This document shows positions 36,801-49,500 of a stretch of DNA of 51,151 nucleotides, one piece after another. Source of the DNA: Tubiluchus corallicola (lineage: Eukaryota; Animalia; Priapulida); contig JAQGDQ010000848.1 in the NCBI GenBank assembly GCA_030141605.1, forward strand, positions 1 to 51,151, written 5' to 3'. The notes under the pieces are model-generated. The model was not told the origin of the DNA and made no database searches. It saw nothing but the letters and a program-made list of their open reading frames with translations. Position 1 is the stretch's first letter. The number at the start of each line of letters is the position of its first letter. A program made the position numbers and the translations under genes.

Positions 36801-39354
36801 GCGTTCTATTGTATAAAAGAGAACGTCTGGTATAATGCGATTATTATAAAAAGAATGACTAATAGTTGGAGCAAAACAGCAAGTTTTTTTGATAAACTAA
36901 TTTTGTCTAACATTAAGAAAATAGCTGTGCACGAAATCTCAGAACATTTTTGTTTAATTTCAAAAATAGCTAAATGCTAAGCTTTTAAGACAACAGTACG
37001 AAAATCAATGATGCTCGTTGTCTAATGAAATCTAATTGACTATAGCAAGACGACAGTCTTGAGAAGCAAGCACTGAATCTTTCCGACAAGAAATTTTAAC
37101 GAACCTTTTATTCACAGTAATTTACGCTGCATGTTGGGTGGAAAGGGTTAAGTCAAAGGAGATTACTAGCTATGTACATGTAGGGAGAACTTTTTTGGCT
37201 AAGTCAGTTCTTTTCGATGGGATTTCGACTAGTGTAAACGTACGTCTATCTCTTATTATATTTGAAGTCTTTATTATTCGAAGTCTTAGAACAAGTGATG
37301 CTTAAGGTAGCACTTAGAAGTGAAAAACATTAGTTATAATTCCTTCGACAGCGTGTTACTCAAGATACCCATAGGTTTAAGAAATCATTGCATAACAGAG
37401 TCGGGTTGGTGTCCATAACGTCCCTCTAATATAACACAGATTTAACGAAACTGCTACATTCGTATCGATGTTCACATTTCTACAGCTGCAACCAAATTGG
37501 TTCATTTTGCAATTTGCCATCAAATAAATTTTCATTTGAAATGGCAAATGCTTTTGTAGAAAGACGCCGAAGAAGTAATTCACGGTATTGTTTGCAGCCA
37601 CAAGTTATTCGTCCGGATAAGTAATTTGCTTCTTTTATTACTAATTACCGGAAGCGTAGTTCGTCAACAACCCTAAAACATTATTGCCTAATCTCCACGT
37701 TGCCAGAAAATTAACTTTGTAAAATCCACAATTTATTTTCATGTTCAAAATCCGCGTACTCATTGTATTTCATGAAAGACGTTAGAGAGAGTGTTTGGGG
37801 CGGGGGTAGTGGCTGTTTAAAATCGAAAATGTTAATTAGGAGACTTCGTATAACAGAAGCAACCAAATGTCCGAAATTAGTCTTTGGCTGCTTTGTAAAA
37901 TGCGACGAAGTGAAGAGCCTATAATTATCCCTTTATAAATATTTATTTAAAGTCAGTTTGTATCATAAAATAATTTAGTAATTTAGTACCAGATTTTTTG
38001 TTACATACTTTTAGTGATAACAAAAATACATTATTTTGCTATCGAATTAAAAAAGAAAACATCAATAAAAAAGAAAAACGAAACTTACTAATGACCAAAT
38101 TTCGTCGAGAAATTCCTGTCCATCAGATAAGGGCTACAGTCAACATATGATTAAATTTGTTTTTTATCTAGTATGCCTTCGGGGCCCTATCCATTTAATA
38201 ACTAGGCCATGCATTGCTTAACTTTGCAATCAAACGCGGTAACCACTTACTATTCTCTATGCTTCACAATTGAAAAATTAGCAATCTCTTTTTTCGAAAT
38301 TTCCTAAATAACTTTGTATTATTGTACTAGCTAAATTTTATATCTGAAATTGTCTTTATCTGCAAACAAAGATAGTTCTTAGTGTCCACGTAGTGGGTAA
38401 CTCACACAAATTTAAGCAATTTATATGCAATTACACAAGTTGCGATTGTAAATTAGAGTACGTTGAAGCCCCATTTGCCTAAAAACTTGTTTTTTTTCAG
38501 AGCGTCACCAACATCATCAGAGCCTGCTGGCCAGGTTGGGGCTAACCACGGACAACATAGCCGCGTTCCGCCCCATTAGTGACCACTTCAGCCACGTACA
38601 CGAGGTCAGCGCCGCAATGCGGAAAGCGGGACTGGAATACTGTGACCTCATCATTGGTATAGATTTTACCGCTAGCAATGAATGGCAAGGAAGAAAGACT
38701 CTCAATGGGGACAGTTTGCATTCAACGCGGGGAAACAGAATCTATAATCCATATCAGCGTGTCATCGCCATTTTAGGAGAAACGCTAGAGTGTTTCGCTT
38801 CCAAACAAAACCTCATTCCAGCTTTTGGATTTGGCGATGAAGCCACTAGAGACCACTCGATATTCCCTTTAAAAAGCGACGGAACGTCGTGCAAGGGCTT
38901 CTTCGAAGTGTTACAGTGTTACAATGAGACAGTGCAAAGTGTCACATTGAGTGGTCCAACCAGCTTTGCCCCGGTCATCAACAAAGCCGTTGAAATTGTC
39001 AAACTAAAACAAGCTTATCACATTCTAGTTATAATTGCCGACGGACAGATGCGGATCGAAGAGCCAACAATAAAGGCGATTGTTGATGCGTCTAACCACG
39101 CCCTTAGTATTATAATGGTGGGTGTGGGCGACGGGCCTTGGGACATGATGGAGGAGTTTGATGACCACCTACCGGAGCGAAAATTTGACAACTTTCAGTT
39201 TGTGAATTTCCATCAGACGACGCGAAAGGCTAAAAACCAAGAAGCCAGTTTCGCGTTGCACGCTCTAATGGAAATACCAACTCAATATAAAGCCATCAAG
39301 TCTCTTGCATATTTAGATTTTAGCAACGACAACTCAATCGATAAACAAGTGTGA
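27875..39354 (+). CDS. Copine-family vWA-domain protein without C2 domains, with putative N-terminal transmembrane segment; 5'-partial. Exons 27875-28039 and 38501-39354
   Basis: Exon 38501-39354 (ttttttcag acceptor) encodes LIIGIDFTASNEWQG, NPYQRVI, IPAFGFGD, SGPTSFAPVI, YHILVIIADG, LSIIMVGVGDGPW, RKFDNFQFV and ALMEIP (copine/RGLG-type vWA). Upstream exon ends CGA G|gtaaat in phase 1 and joins AG CGT in frame. The link between the two exons is inferred. Confidence 0.8.
28061..28396. mobile_element. piggyBac-type MITE, copy 2, inverted and shorter than copy 1
   Basis: TTAA|CCCTTTCA...TGAAAGGG|TTAA; reverse complement of 6294-6739 with internal deletions. Confidence 0.88.
28540..28990 (-). 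mobile_element. L2/CR1-group LINE 3' fragment with (TA)n tail
   Basis: Minus translation near 28925-28855 gives LLWN/LPLQVKQIKSLSAFKTKLKSL (frameshifted); 3'UTR motif shared with 26183 and 34530. Confidence 0.7.
29170..29495 (+). mobile_element. Probable solo LTR related to 9302-9605
   Basis: Shares CTGGCATT(A/G)CTATC...TTTAATAAA(T/C)GTGT...ATAGTTTGCCAT; ends in CAACA. Confidence 0.55.
29920..30470 (-). mobile_element. 5S rRNA-derived SINE, copy 2, apparently full length; 5S head 30346-30465
   Basis: GACTACGGCCAAATCACGTTGAAAACACCGGTTCTC...AAGTTAAGCAA...GTTAGTACTTGGATGGGCGACCGCCTAGGAATACCAGGTGCTGTAGGCTT followed by ~425-bp body. TSD ATGACACT at 29912-29919 and 30471-30478. Confidence 0.93.
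30675..30860 (-). mobile_element. Retroposon 3' terminus with (TTGAA)n tail and stem-loop
   Basis: (CAATT)n then TTTATT on +; 10-bp inverted repeat AAAGGATAGC (30804-30813) / GCTATCCTTT (30840-30849). Confidence 0.5.
31202..31965 (-). mobile_element. Helitron-type non-autonomous element, longest copy
   Basis: Minus 3' end is hairpin plus CTAGT; no TIR or TSD seen; (TA)n near the other end; GC-rich interior; partial copies at 12427 and 23529. Right boundary approximate. Confidence 0.72.
32650..35510 (-). mobile_element. Fragmented, decayed LINE reverse transcriptase (pieces about 35510-35230, 33895-33375, 33167-32650)
   Basis: Pieces in correct order: YVDFSKAYDKVPR...GVRQGSSTRCFIFTIYV; AALFNAVLYSSEGW; KALLGVLK; QTANDFVLLEVGLPS; LNPTLVVH...SSLPLALESGRWSR...QRLCTC. 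Confidence 0.85.
34510..34870 (-). mobile_element. L2/CR1-group LINE 3' fragment with (TAC)n tail, nested in the older LINE
   Basis: Minus translation IQLWNSLPTSLKHSSSLSIFKSKFKKTF; shared 3'UTR motif. Confidence 0.75.
35524..35700 (+). mobile_element. tRNA-derived SINE (head possibly Cys-GCA-like)
   Basis: A box GTGGCCGAGAGG, CTGCAAC loop, B box GGGTTCGATACT, unrelated body, AATAAATAAA-TCTTA tail. Stems are imperfect, so it is not a functional tRNA. Confidence 0.7.
36310..36536 (-). pseudogene. Orphan frameshifted exon, tentatively NO VEIN/sacsin-like
   Basis: ttctttttcag acceptor. Removing a CT duplication gives KQVEWKAPNRTVIASSPLLYDVVNPSLLLDCLGLYYVHREVSESLNNGLLTSLGAQAVTIQYLLETGK. Family is from recalled resemblance only. 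Confidence 0.4.
38180..38245 (-). mobile_element. Very degraded 5S-like fragment
   Basis: CCTATCCATTTAATAACTAGGCCATGCATTGCTTAACTTTGCAATCAAACG aligns by eye to CCCATCCAAGTACTAACCAGGTTCTACATTGCTTAACTTCGGTGATCAGATG in SINE copy 2. Confidence 0.5.
38501..39354 (+). CDS. Copine vWA domain terminal exon
   Basis: ORF 38536-39354 extended to the acceptor; all copine motifs intact. Confidence 0.95.
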
Positions 39355-39734
39355 CGTGTATTTTTTACGAAGCCTTTATTAATAATCAGACTGATCCTTA
39401 GTAGTTGGGACTAACGAATCGTCCCACGACACGGCGACACTTACAGAATTTATACTTTCAATTTTGAATTGACAAAACTAGTTATAATTAATCCCTCAGG
39501 TCTTTGATTTTTTATTTATCTAACACGCAGTTTTTTTGGCAACTAACGAATCATCTGCTGCAAATAGCACGTCGAACGAACCATCCTCTACCATGGTCAC
39601 ATGGGGGTGGGAGGGATTTTCTACTCGAGACGTTCGGGACGAACGATGAGCAAAAACTTCCAAAAATAGAGAAATTTTGCCTTTTTTGCTGTACTTATAA
39701 AACTAAAGTCTGAAAACGGGAACGCGAGAGGCAG

Positions 39735-40335
<601 letters not shown>

Positions 40336-40940
40336 CAGCACCGGGTATTTGAGGGGGGATATGAGTGTTTTAAATCCAGGTCCGGCAGCAAGTTGGTTCC
40401 ATTTAGAACAATTTTCTCTTGGAAGCTCTAATGACGCAAACCCATTTTTTCACGTCATTTCAGTAATAGTCTTCCTACTAACGTATCCTTAAAAAACAGA
40501 TGGCTGTTATGTTGATGTACATTATTACCATCATCAAAGGAAAGATTAACAAAACTATGTAGAATGTTCACGCATTACTTATTGTACACCAAATACTTTT
40601 GCGGGGTTTGGCTAGTCTACAACATTTTTTCGAATTCCTGTTATGTCTTTACTATTTCAATAAATACGTTATTTGGTTTACTACGTTACTATTTCTCTGC
40701 ACTTATTTCTTTCATTTATAATTCCATTCAATAATCCTTATTTGAAGGCAGTAATAAGATTAACGTTTAGCACAAAAGCTTGCGTTAATGACTTTATTCA
40801 ACAGATTAAACCCGCACAGCATTAATTATTGTTATAACGATCCAAAAAATACTTAACAAGGAAAGCGAAGGCAAAGTAAATTAATGTGTAATCATACAAC
40901 TAAAGTAGATTGTCGAGCCTTACAAGGCGTTCGAAAAAGA

Positions 40941-41245
<305 letters not shown>

Positions 41246-41909
41246 TCATCATTTACTCTCGAACACAACAATGAGCACATTCACACGTTGGTCAAGAGAA
41301 AAATAAATTGATCAGAAAAACTCAATCAGAGATGTAACCAAAAATAAGAAAATGCTGTAATAAAATCAAATATAAAATTTAATTTCAAACTAAATTACAC
41401 TAAATTAGGAGACATTACAACCAGAATTAAACCAACGTGTTTTTGGATTAAATTTAATTTTTGTAAGTTAATTTCATAAAACCGACCTAAAGGTAAAATT
41501 GGCTGAACCTTGCTAGTTTTTTGCAAAAGCACCAAGAACGAAATTAGTTGATAAAATGAGATCATTTATTAAAATGACAATACATTCAATATAGCAAGGC
41601 AAAAAAGGTGGGCACGCCCATATACCGCCACATCCAGCGACAGCAGGCATATGGGTGATTTTCGACAAGACGACGGATGTCATTCATTGATTGGTCGGCT
41701 AGAAACAATGCGCGCGACACTGGCGCGCCTGCTCACCAACATCCCTTACAAAAACTGATTTATTGCTATTCTATCAATAAATTTACCTTTGTGCTATCAA
41801 AACTTTCCCTAAAAAATGAAAACATATCTACTGAAAACCATTTGACGTAGTGCCTTTCTAACGCTCATATTCATGCTCTCATTACCCACAAGCACTTTGA
41901 AAAAACGTA

Positions 41910-42440
41910 ACACATTAACTGGCAGCCACTAATGTTGGCTGATCATATGGGCGGTACTCCAGTTGCCATTAAATGTGTTGCAATAAATGTATTGGATTAT
42001 CCCATGTCTCAGCAATTACAACTTGTCTAGTTATATAGCCTTATACCTATGTTCCTGTGACAAATCAGTTAAGCAATTATTAGAGAGAACCCACTACATT
42101 TACTAGCAGCCATTTGCAATGGCTGATCTGATGGGTTGAGTGGTGCCCCAGCTGCCATTAAATGTATTGGATTATCCCATACATTGGCTATTCAGCATGC
42201 CTAGTTACATAACCTTCCTCCTGCCTCAAATCTGTGTACCAATTCTTGAGAAAATCCACATCATTTACTGGTGTCCATTGATGTTGGCTGATCTAATGGG
42301 TGGAGTGGTGTCCCAGCTGCCATTAAATTTGTTGGATTGCATCATTGCCATAGCTTCCTTAACCATTTGCATTTTGCCTATATTCCCGCCATAATTGTGC
42401 ACACTGTGCTCTAAGAAAACACAGAACTGTTACTGGCCGC
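41910..42440. repeat. Diverged 175-bp satellite monomers (about 3)
   Basis: GGCTGATC..ATGGG..GGAGTGGTG.CCCAGCTGCCATTAAATGTATTGGATT recurs at about 41935, 42120 and 42285. Confidence 0.85.
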
Positions 42441-43589
42441 CTATCCAATTACCCAGCCTTGCACTTATATTCCTATCACAGTTATTCTTCAACAACACTT
42501 CATGAAAACCATGTATCATTGCGCCAACACTAATTGTTTAAAAGTCCTGTCCATTAACCCACACTTTACATGTTACTACCTGCATTGTTATGGGAACAAT
42601 TGAATAATCTGTGGTTAATCACGTTGAGTCATGATTAATGTTTTTCTAGACTTAGTATCTGTGTTAGCAGAAAGTGTTAGTATCTTAGAGAGGTGCTGCC
42701 ATCTTTTGGTAGATTGCCCGTAAAATAATTTACCTATTTCTTAAGCTGTTTACTGAACTATTCAGGTTTGACAGTAGTAGTTCAGGTTTTTGCAGTGAAA
42801 TGTCATAGTCTGCTAGTAAATTACACAATGCAGTTTGTGCGTTCTGTTAAGATATGTTTTGCTTTATATTATATTATTTTGTGTAATTTTAGTTAACCTT
42901 AAATTGAGGTTAGTGCTTTAAATTTACATTTTTGTCTTTAAAGTGTTAAGCCTAAAATTAATTACTAACATCTAAATGCTCTAGTTTGATACTCTGATGG
43001 TGTGAACTAAAAGTGGGCTTTTTGGTTGCTTATATACAACATGTAAATTCTTGTTGTTCTTGTTGTGTTAGAGACAGGTGCAGGTTTTGAAGCTTGAGTG
43101 ATTATTGCATTGATTTTGTTGATTGATTATTTTGATGTTCAGTGTGGCTAAAGCCTAATAAATTTCTTTTTTATTTTTATTAATTTCAGACTATGTTTTG
43201 CAATTTAGGTTGAAACCTCCCCTCTCTTTGTGCACCATATCTTATGATGCTGGATTATTTTTGAGCACAGTAAAAATAACCAACCTGCACCAGATTGTTC
43301 ATCATTTTTATTGAGGTTTTATGAGGTTACAACATACGGACCAGCATTAACAAAATACTGAGCACAAACTGGATTGTCTCAGAATACACAACCTGATGAG
43401 TCACACATATTGCAATCCTTGCATCTACTTTTCTATTCTAACTGGCACCAATCCATTAAATAACATAAAAACTTGCACCTACTTCCCTCTTTTAATTGTG
43501 CACCAACAAAGAAAAAAAATATTTACAGCAAACCATTAACATTCAATACTTTAAGAATATAACATGTCCTCGTGCCTACATTCCTACTC

Positions 43590-46500
43590 TAACTGTTACC
43601 AATCCTTGAAGAACTATTGTACATACTATGCTATTATAACCTGCTAGGTGGCATCACAGATTCCATTAAATGAATTGGCTCGCTCCTATGTCTACTTTTG
43701 CAATCCATTTATTGAAGTATCTTTGCACCTACATTCCTGCTGCTAAATGTGCCCCAGCAATTAAAAGAAACCACATATCGTTTAGATCTCTACCCACAGT
43801 TTTCCCTCTTATTGTTCACCAAATCAAGAAAACCATATAACCCTAAATGTTGATGAACATGACTGCCGAAGTTATGCCATGGTTGCCATTAGGTATGTTA
43901 GGTTGCCCTATGCGTTTGCTGTCCTACAGACTGACTACTCATACAATTGCTTAATTTGCAACCAGTGCTTACTAAAATTCCTGTCATCTCACGCAAATAC
44001 GTTTCCAACGAATCCGTTATATGCAGCACTTAGCATGATTTGGCTTTTACTACTAGCTAATATTTTCCAAATCATCCCAGAACTCGCCACGTGGAGGCGG
44101 CTGCATATGAGTTCCATAAAAAACCGCATAAAGACTAATTACAAATTGTTAAGTCTAAAATATATGCAAGTTAAAAAAAATTCACACAGGATCAAGGGAT
44201 AGTGTTTACTTGTTTAATGCCATGAAGTGTAAGGTAAAAAATTAGTTACAGAAGAAATTTGATTAACCAAAATACAAACTGCAAAACAGTCGAAAAACAA
44301 CCTACTAAATGCTCGTGCAAAATCTCATTATAGTCTATAGTAAATCACATTTGCTGGCAGCCATTTGCAATGGCTGATCTGATGGGTGGAGTGGTGCCCT
44401 AGCTACCACTAAATGTATTGGATTACCTCAGGCCTTAGCTATAGCAACTTGTTTAATTATATTGCCTTGTACCTATATTCCTGTGACAAATCTGCTAAGC
44501 AAGTATTTGAGAGAACCCACTATATTTACTAGCAGCCATTTGCAATGGCTGATCTGATGGGTGGAGTGGTGCCCCAGCTACCACTAAATGTATTGGATTA
44601 CCTCAGGCCTTAGCTATTCAACATGCCTAGTTATATTGCCCTGTACCTATATTCCATTGACAAATCTGTTAAGCAATTATTTGAGAAAACCCACTACATT
44701 TATTGGCAGCCATTTGCAATGGCTGATCTGATGGGTGGAGTGGTGCCCCAGCTACCACAAAATGTATTGGATTACCTCAGGCCTTAGCTATTCAACATGC
44801 CTAGTTATATTGCCCTGTACCTATATTCCTGTGACACATCTGTTAAGCAATTATTTGAGAAAACCCACTACATTTATTGGCAGCCATTTGCAATGGCTGA
44901 TCTAATGGGTGGAGTGGTGCCCCAGCTACCACTAAATGTATTGGATTACCTCAGGCCTTAGCTATAGCAACTTGCCTAGTTATACAGCCTTGTACCTATA
45001 TTCCTGTGACAAATCTGCTAAGCAAGTATTTGAGAGAACCCACTACATTTACTAGTGGCTGATCTAATGGGTGGAGTGGTGCCCCAGCTACCACTAAATG
45101 TATTGGATTATCTCAGGCCTTAGCTATAGCAACATGCCTAGTTATACTGCCTTGTACCTATATTCCTGTGACAAATCTGCTAAGCAATGATTTGAGAAAA
45201 CCCACTACATTTACTGGCAGCCATTTGCAATGGCTGATCTGATGGGTGGAGTGGTGCCCCAGCTACCATTAAATGTATTGGATTACCTCAGGCCTTAGCT
45301 ATAGCAACTTGTTTAATTATATTGCCTTGTACCTATATTCCTGTGACAAATCTGCTAAGCAAGTATTTGAGAGAACCCACTATATTTACTAGCAGCCATT
45401 TGCAATGGCTGATCTGATGGGTGGAGTGGTGCCCCAGCTACCACAAAATGTATTGGATTACCTCAGGCCTTAGCTATTCAACATGCCTAGTTATATTGCC
45501 CTGTACCTATATTCCTGTGACACATCTGTTAAGCAATTATTTGAGAAAACCCACTACATTTATTGGCAGCCATTTGCAATGGCTGATCTAATGGGTGGAG
45601 TGGTGCCCCAGCTACCACTAAATGTATTGGATTACCTCAGGCCTTAGCTATAGCAACTTGCCTAGTTATACAGCCTTGTACCTATATTCCTGTGACAAAT
45701 CTGCTAAGCAAGTATTTGAGAGAACCCACTACATTTACTAGCAGCCATTTGCAATGGCTGATCTAATGGGTGGAGTGGTGCCCCAGTTACCATTAAATGT
45801 ATTGGATTACCTCAGGCCTTAGCTATAGCAACTTGTTTAATTATATTGCCTTGTACCTATATTCCTGTGACAAATCTGCTAAGCAAGTATTTGAGAGAAC
45901 CCACTACATTTACTAGCAGCCATTTGCAATGGCTGATCTGATGGGTGGAGTGGTGCCCCAGCTACCACTAAATGTATTGGATTACCTCAGGCCTTAGCTA
46001 TTCAACATGCCTGGTTATATTGCCCTGTACCTATATTCCTGTGACAAATCTGTTAAGCAATTATTTGAGAAAACCCACTACATTTATTGGCAGCCATTTG
46101 CAATGGCTGATCTGATGGGTGGAGTGGTGCCCCTGCTACCACTAAATGTATTGGATTACCTCAGGCCCTAGCTATTCAACATGCCTAGTTATATTGCCCT
46201 GTACCTATATTCCTGTGACACATCTGTTAAGCAATTATTTGAGAAAACCCACTACATTTATTGGCAGCCATTTGCAATGGCTGATCTAATGGGTGGAGTG
46301 GTGCCCCAGCTACCACTAAATGTATTGGATTACCTCAGGCCTTAGCTATAGCAACTTGCCTAGTTATACAGCCTTGTACCTATATTCCTGTGACAAATCT
46401 GCTAAGCAATTATTCGAGAAAACCCACTACATTTACTGGCAGCCATTTTCAATGGCTGATCTGATGGGTGGAGTGGTGTCAAGCTGCCATTAAATATGTT

Positions 46501-49500
46501 GTGCTATTACAACCTTCCTTAGCCATTTACATTTTGTCTATATTCCTGCCATAACTGTGCTCACTTTGTACCCCTCTGACTGATACCAATTGTTTGAAAA
46601 ACGATTGTACATACTATACAATTGTCCACTGGTAGGTGGCATCACAGATTCCATTAAATGAATTGGCCTGCTCCTATGTCTACTTTTGCAATCCGATTAT
46701 TGATGTATCTTTGCACCTACATTCCTGCTGCTAAATGTGCCCCAGCTATTCAAAGAAACCACATATCGCTTAGATCTCTACCTACAGTTTTCCCTCTTAT
46801 TGTTCACCAAATCAAGAAAACCATATAACCCTAAATGTTGCTGAACATGACTGCCGAAGTTATGCCATGGTTGCCATTAGGTATGTTAGGTTGCCCTATA
46901 CCTTTGCTGTCCTACAGACTGACTACTCATACAATTGCTTAATTTGCAACCAGTGCTTACTAAAATTCCTGTCATCTCACACAAATACGTTTCCAACGAA
47001 CCCGTTATATGCAGCACTTAGCATGATTTGGCTCTTACTACTAGCTAATATTTTCCAAATCATCCCAGAACTCGCCACGTGGAGGTGGCTGCATATGAGT
47101 TCCATAAAAAACCGCATAAAGACTAATTACAAATTGTTAAGTCTAAAATATATGCAAGTTAAAAAAAATTCACACAGGATCAAGGGATAGTGTTTACTTG
47201 TTTAATGCCATGAAGTGTAAGGTAAAAAATTAGTTACAGAAGAAATTTGACTAACCAAAATACAAACTGCAAAGCAGTCGAAAAACAACCTACTAAATGC
47301 TCGTGCAAAATCTCATTACAGTCTATAGTAAATCACATTTGCTGGCAGCCATTTGCAATGGCTGATCTGATGGGTGGAGTGGTGCCCTAGCTACCACTAA
47401 ATGTATTGGATTACCTCAGGCCTTAGCTATAGCAACTTGCCTAGTTATACAGCCTTGTACCTATATTCCTGTGACAAATCTGCTAAGCAATTATTTGAGA
47501 AAACCCACTACATTTACTGGCAGCCATTTGCAGTGGCTGATCTGATGGGTGGAGTGGTGCCCCAGCTACCACTAAATGTATTGGATTATCTCAGGCCTTA
47601 GCTATAGCAACCTGCCTAGTTATACTGCCTTGTACCTATATTCCTGTGACAAATCTGCTAAGCAATTATTTGAGAAAACCCACTACATTTACTGGCAGCC
47701 ATTTGCAATGGCTGATCTGATGGGTGGAGTGGTGGCCCAGCTACCACTAAATGTATTGGATTATCTCAGGCCTTAGCTATAGCAACCTGCCTAGTTACAC
47801 TGCCTTGTACCTATATTCCTGTGACAAATCTGCTAAGCAATTATTTGAGAAAACCCACTACATATACTGGCAGCCATTTGCAATGGCTGATCTGATGGGT
47901 GGAGTGGTGCCCCAGCTGCCATTAAATGTATTGGATTATCCCATACCTTAGCTTTAGTAACTTGCCTAGTTATATTGCCCTGTACCTATATTCCTGTGAC
48001 AAATCTGCTAAGCAATTATTTGAGAAAACCCACTACATTTACTAGCAGCCATTTGCAATGGCTGATCTGATGGGTGGAGTGGTGCCCCAGCTGCCATTAA
48101 ATGTATTGGATTATCCCATACCTTAGCTTTAGTAACTTGCCTAGTTATATTGCCCTGTACCTATGTTCCTGTGACAAATCTGCTAAGCAATTATTTGAGA
48201 AAACCCACTACATTTACTGGCAGCCATTTGCAATGGCTGATCTGATGGGTGGAGTGGTGCCCCAGCTGCCATTAAATGTATTGGATTACCTCAGGCCATA
48301 GCTATAGCAACTTGTTTAATTATATTGCCTTGTGCCTATATTCCTGTGACAAATCTGCTAAGCAATTATTCGAGAAAACCCACTGCATTTACTAGCAGCC
48401 ATTTGCAATGGCTGATCTGATGGGTGGAGTGGTGCCCCAGCTGCCATTAAATGTATTGGATTATCCCATACCTTAGCTTTAGTAACTTGCCTAGTTATAT
48501 TGCCCTGTACCTATATTCCTGTGACAAATCTGGTAAGCAATTATTTGAGAAAACCCACTACATTTACTGGCAGCCATTTGCAATGGCTGATCTGATGGGT
48601 GGAGTGGTGCCCCAGCTGCCATTAAATGTATTTGATTACCTCAGGCCATAGCTATAGCAACTTGTTTAATTATATTGCCTTGTACCTATATTCCTGTGAC
48701 AAATCTGCTAAGCAATTATTCGAGAAAACCCACTACATTTACTGGCAGCCATTTTCAATGGCTGATCTGATGGGTGGAGTGGTGCCCCAGCTGCCATTAA
48801 ATGCATTGGATTAGCTCAGGCCTCTGCTATTCAACATGTCCAGTTACATAACCTTCCTCTTTTATCCTGCCTCAAATCTGTTAAGCAATTATTTGAGAAA
48901 ACCCACTACATTTACTGGCAGCTATTTGCAATGGCTGATCTGATGTGTGGAGTGGTGCCCCAGCTGCCATTAAATGTATTGGATTATCCCATACCTTAGC
49001 TATGGCAACTTGCCTAGTTATATTGCCTTGTACCTATATTCCTGTGACAAATCTGCTAAGCAAGTATTTGAGAGAACCCACTACATTTACTAGCAGCCAT
49101 TTGCAATGGCTGATCTGATGGGTGGAGTGGTGTCAAGCTGCCATTAAATATGTCGTGCTATTACAACCTTCCTTAACAATTTACATTTTGCCTATATTCC
49201 TGCCATAATTGTGCTCCCTTTGTACCCCTCTGACTGATACCAATTGTTTGAAAAAACGATTGTACATACTATACAATTGTCCACTGGTAGGTGGCATCAC
49301 AGATTCCATTAAATGAATTGGCTTGCTCCTATGTCTACTTTTGCAATCCGATTATTGATGTATCTTTGCACCTACATTCCTGCTGCTAAATGTGCCCCAG
49401 CAATTCAAAGAACCCACATATCCTTTAGATCTCTACCTCCAATTTTCCCTCTAATTGTTCACCAAAACAGGAAAGCCATATAACCCTAAATGTTGATGAA

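Noticed and set aside
43879-44202. 107-aa ORF duplicated at 46867-47190 as a protein gene
   Set aside because: Lies in the satellite spacer, overlaps decayed monomer sequence, and the third copy (about 49521) is disrupted.
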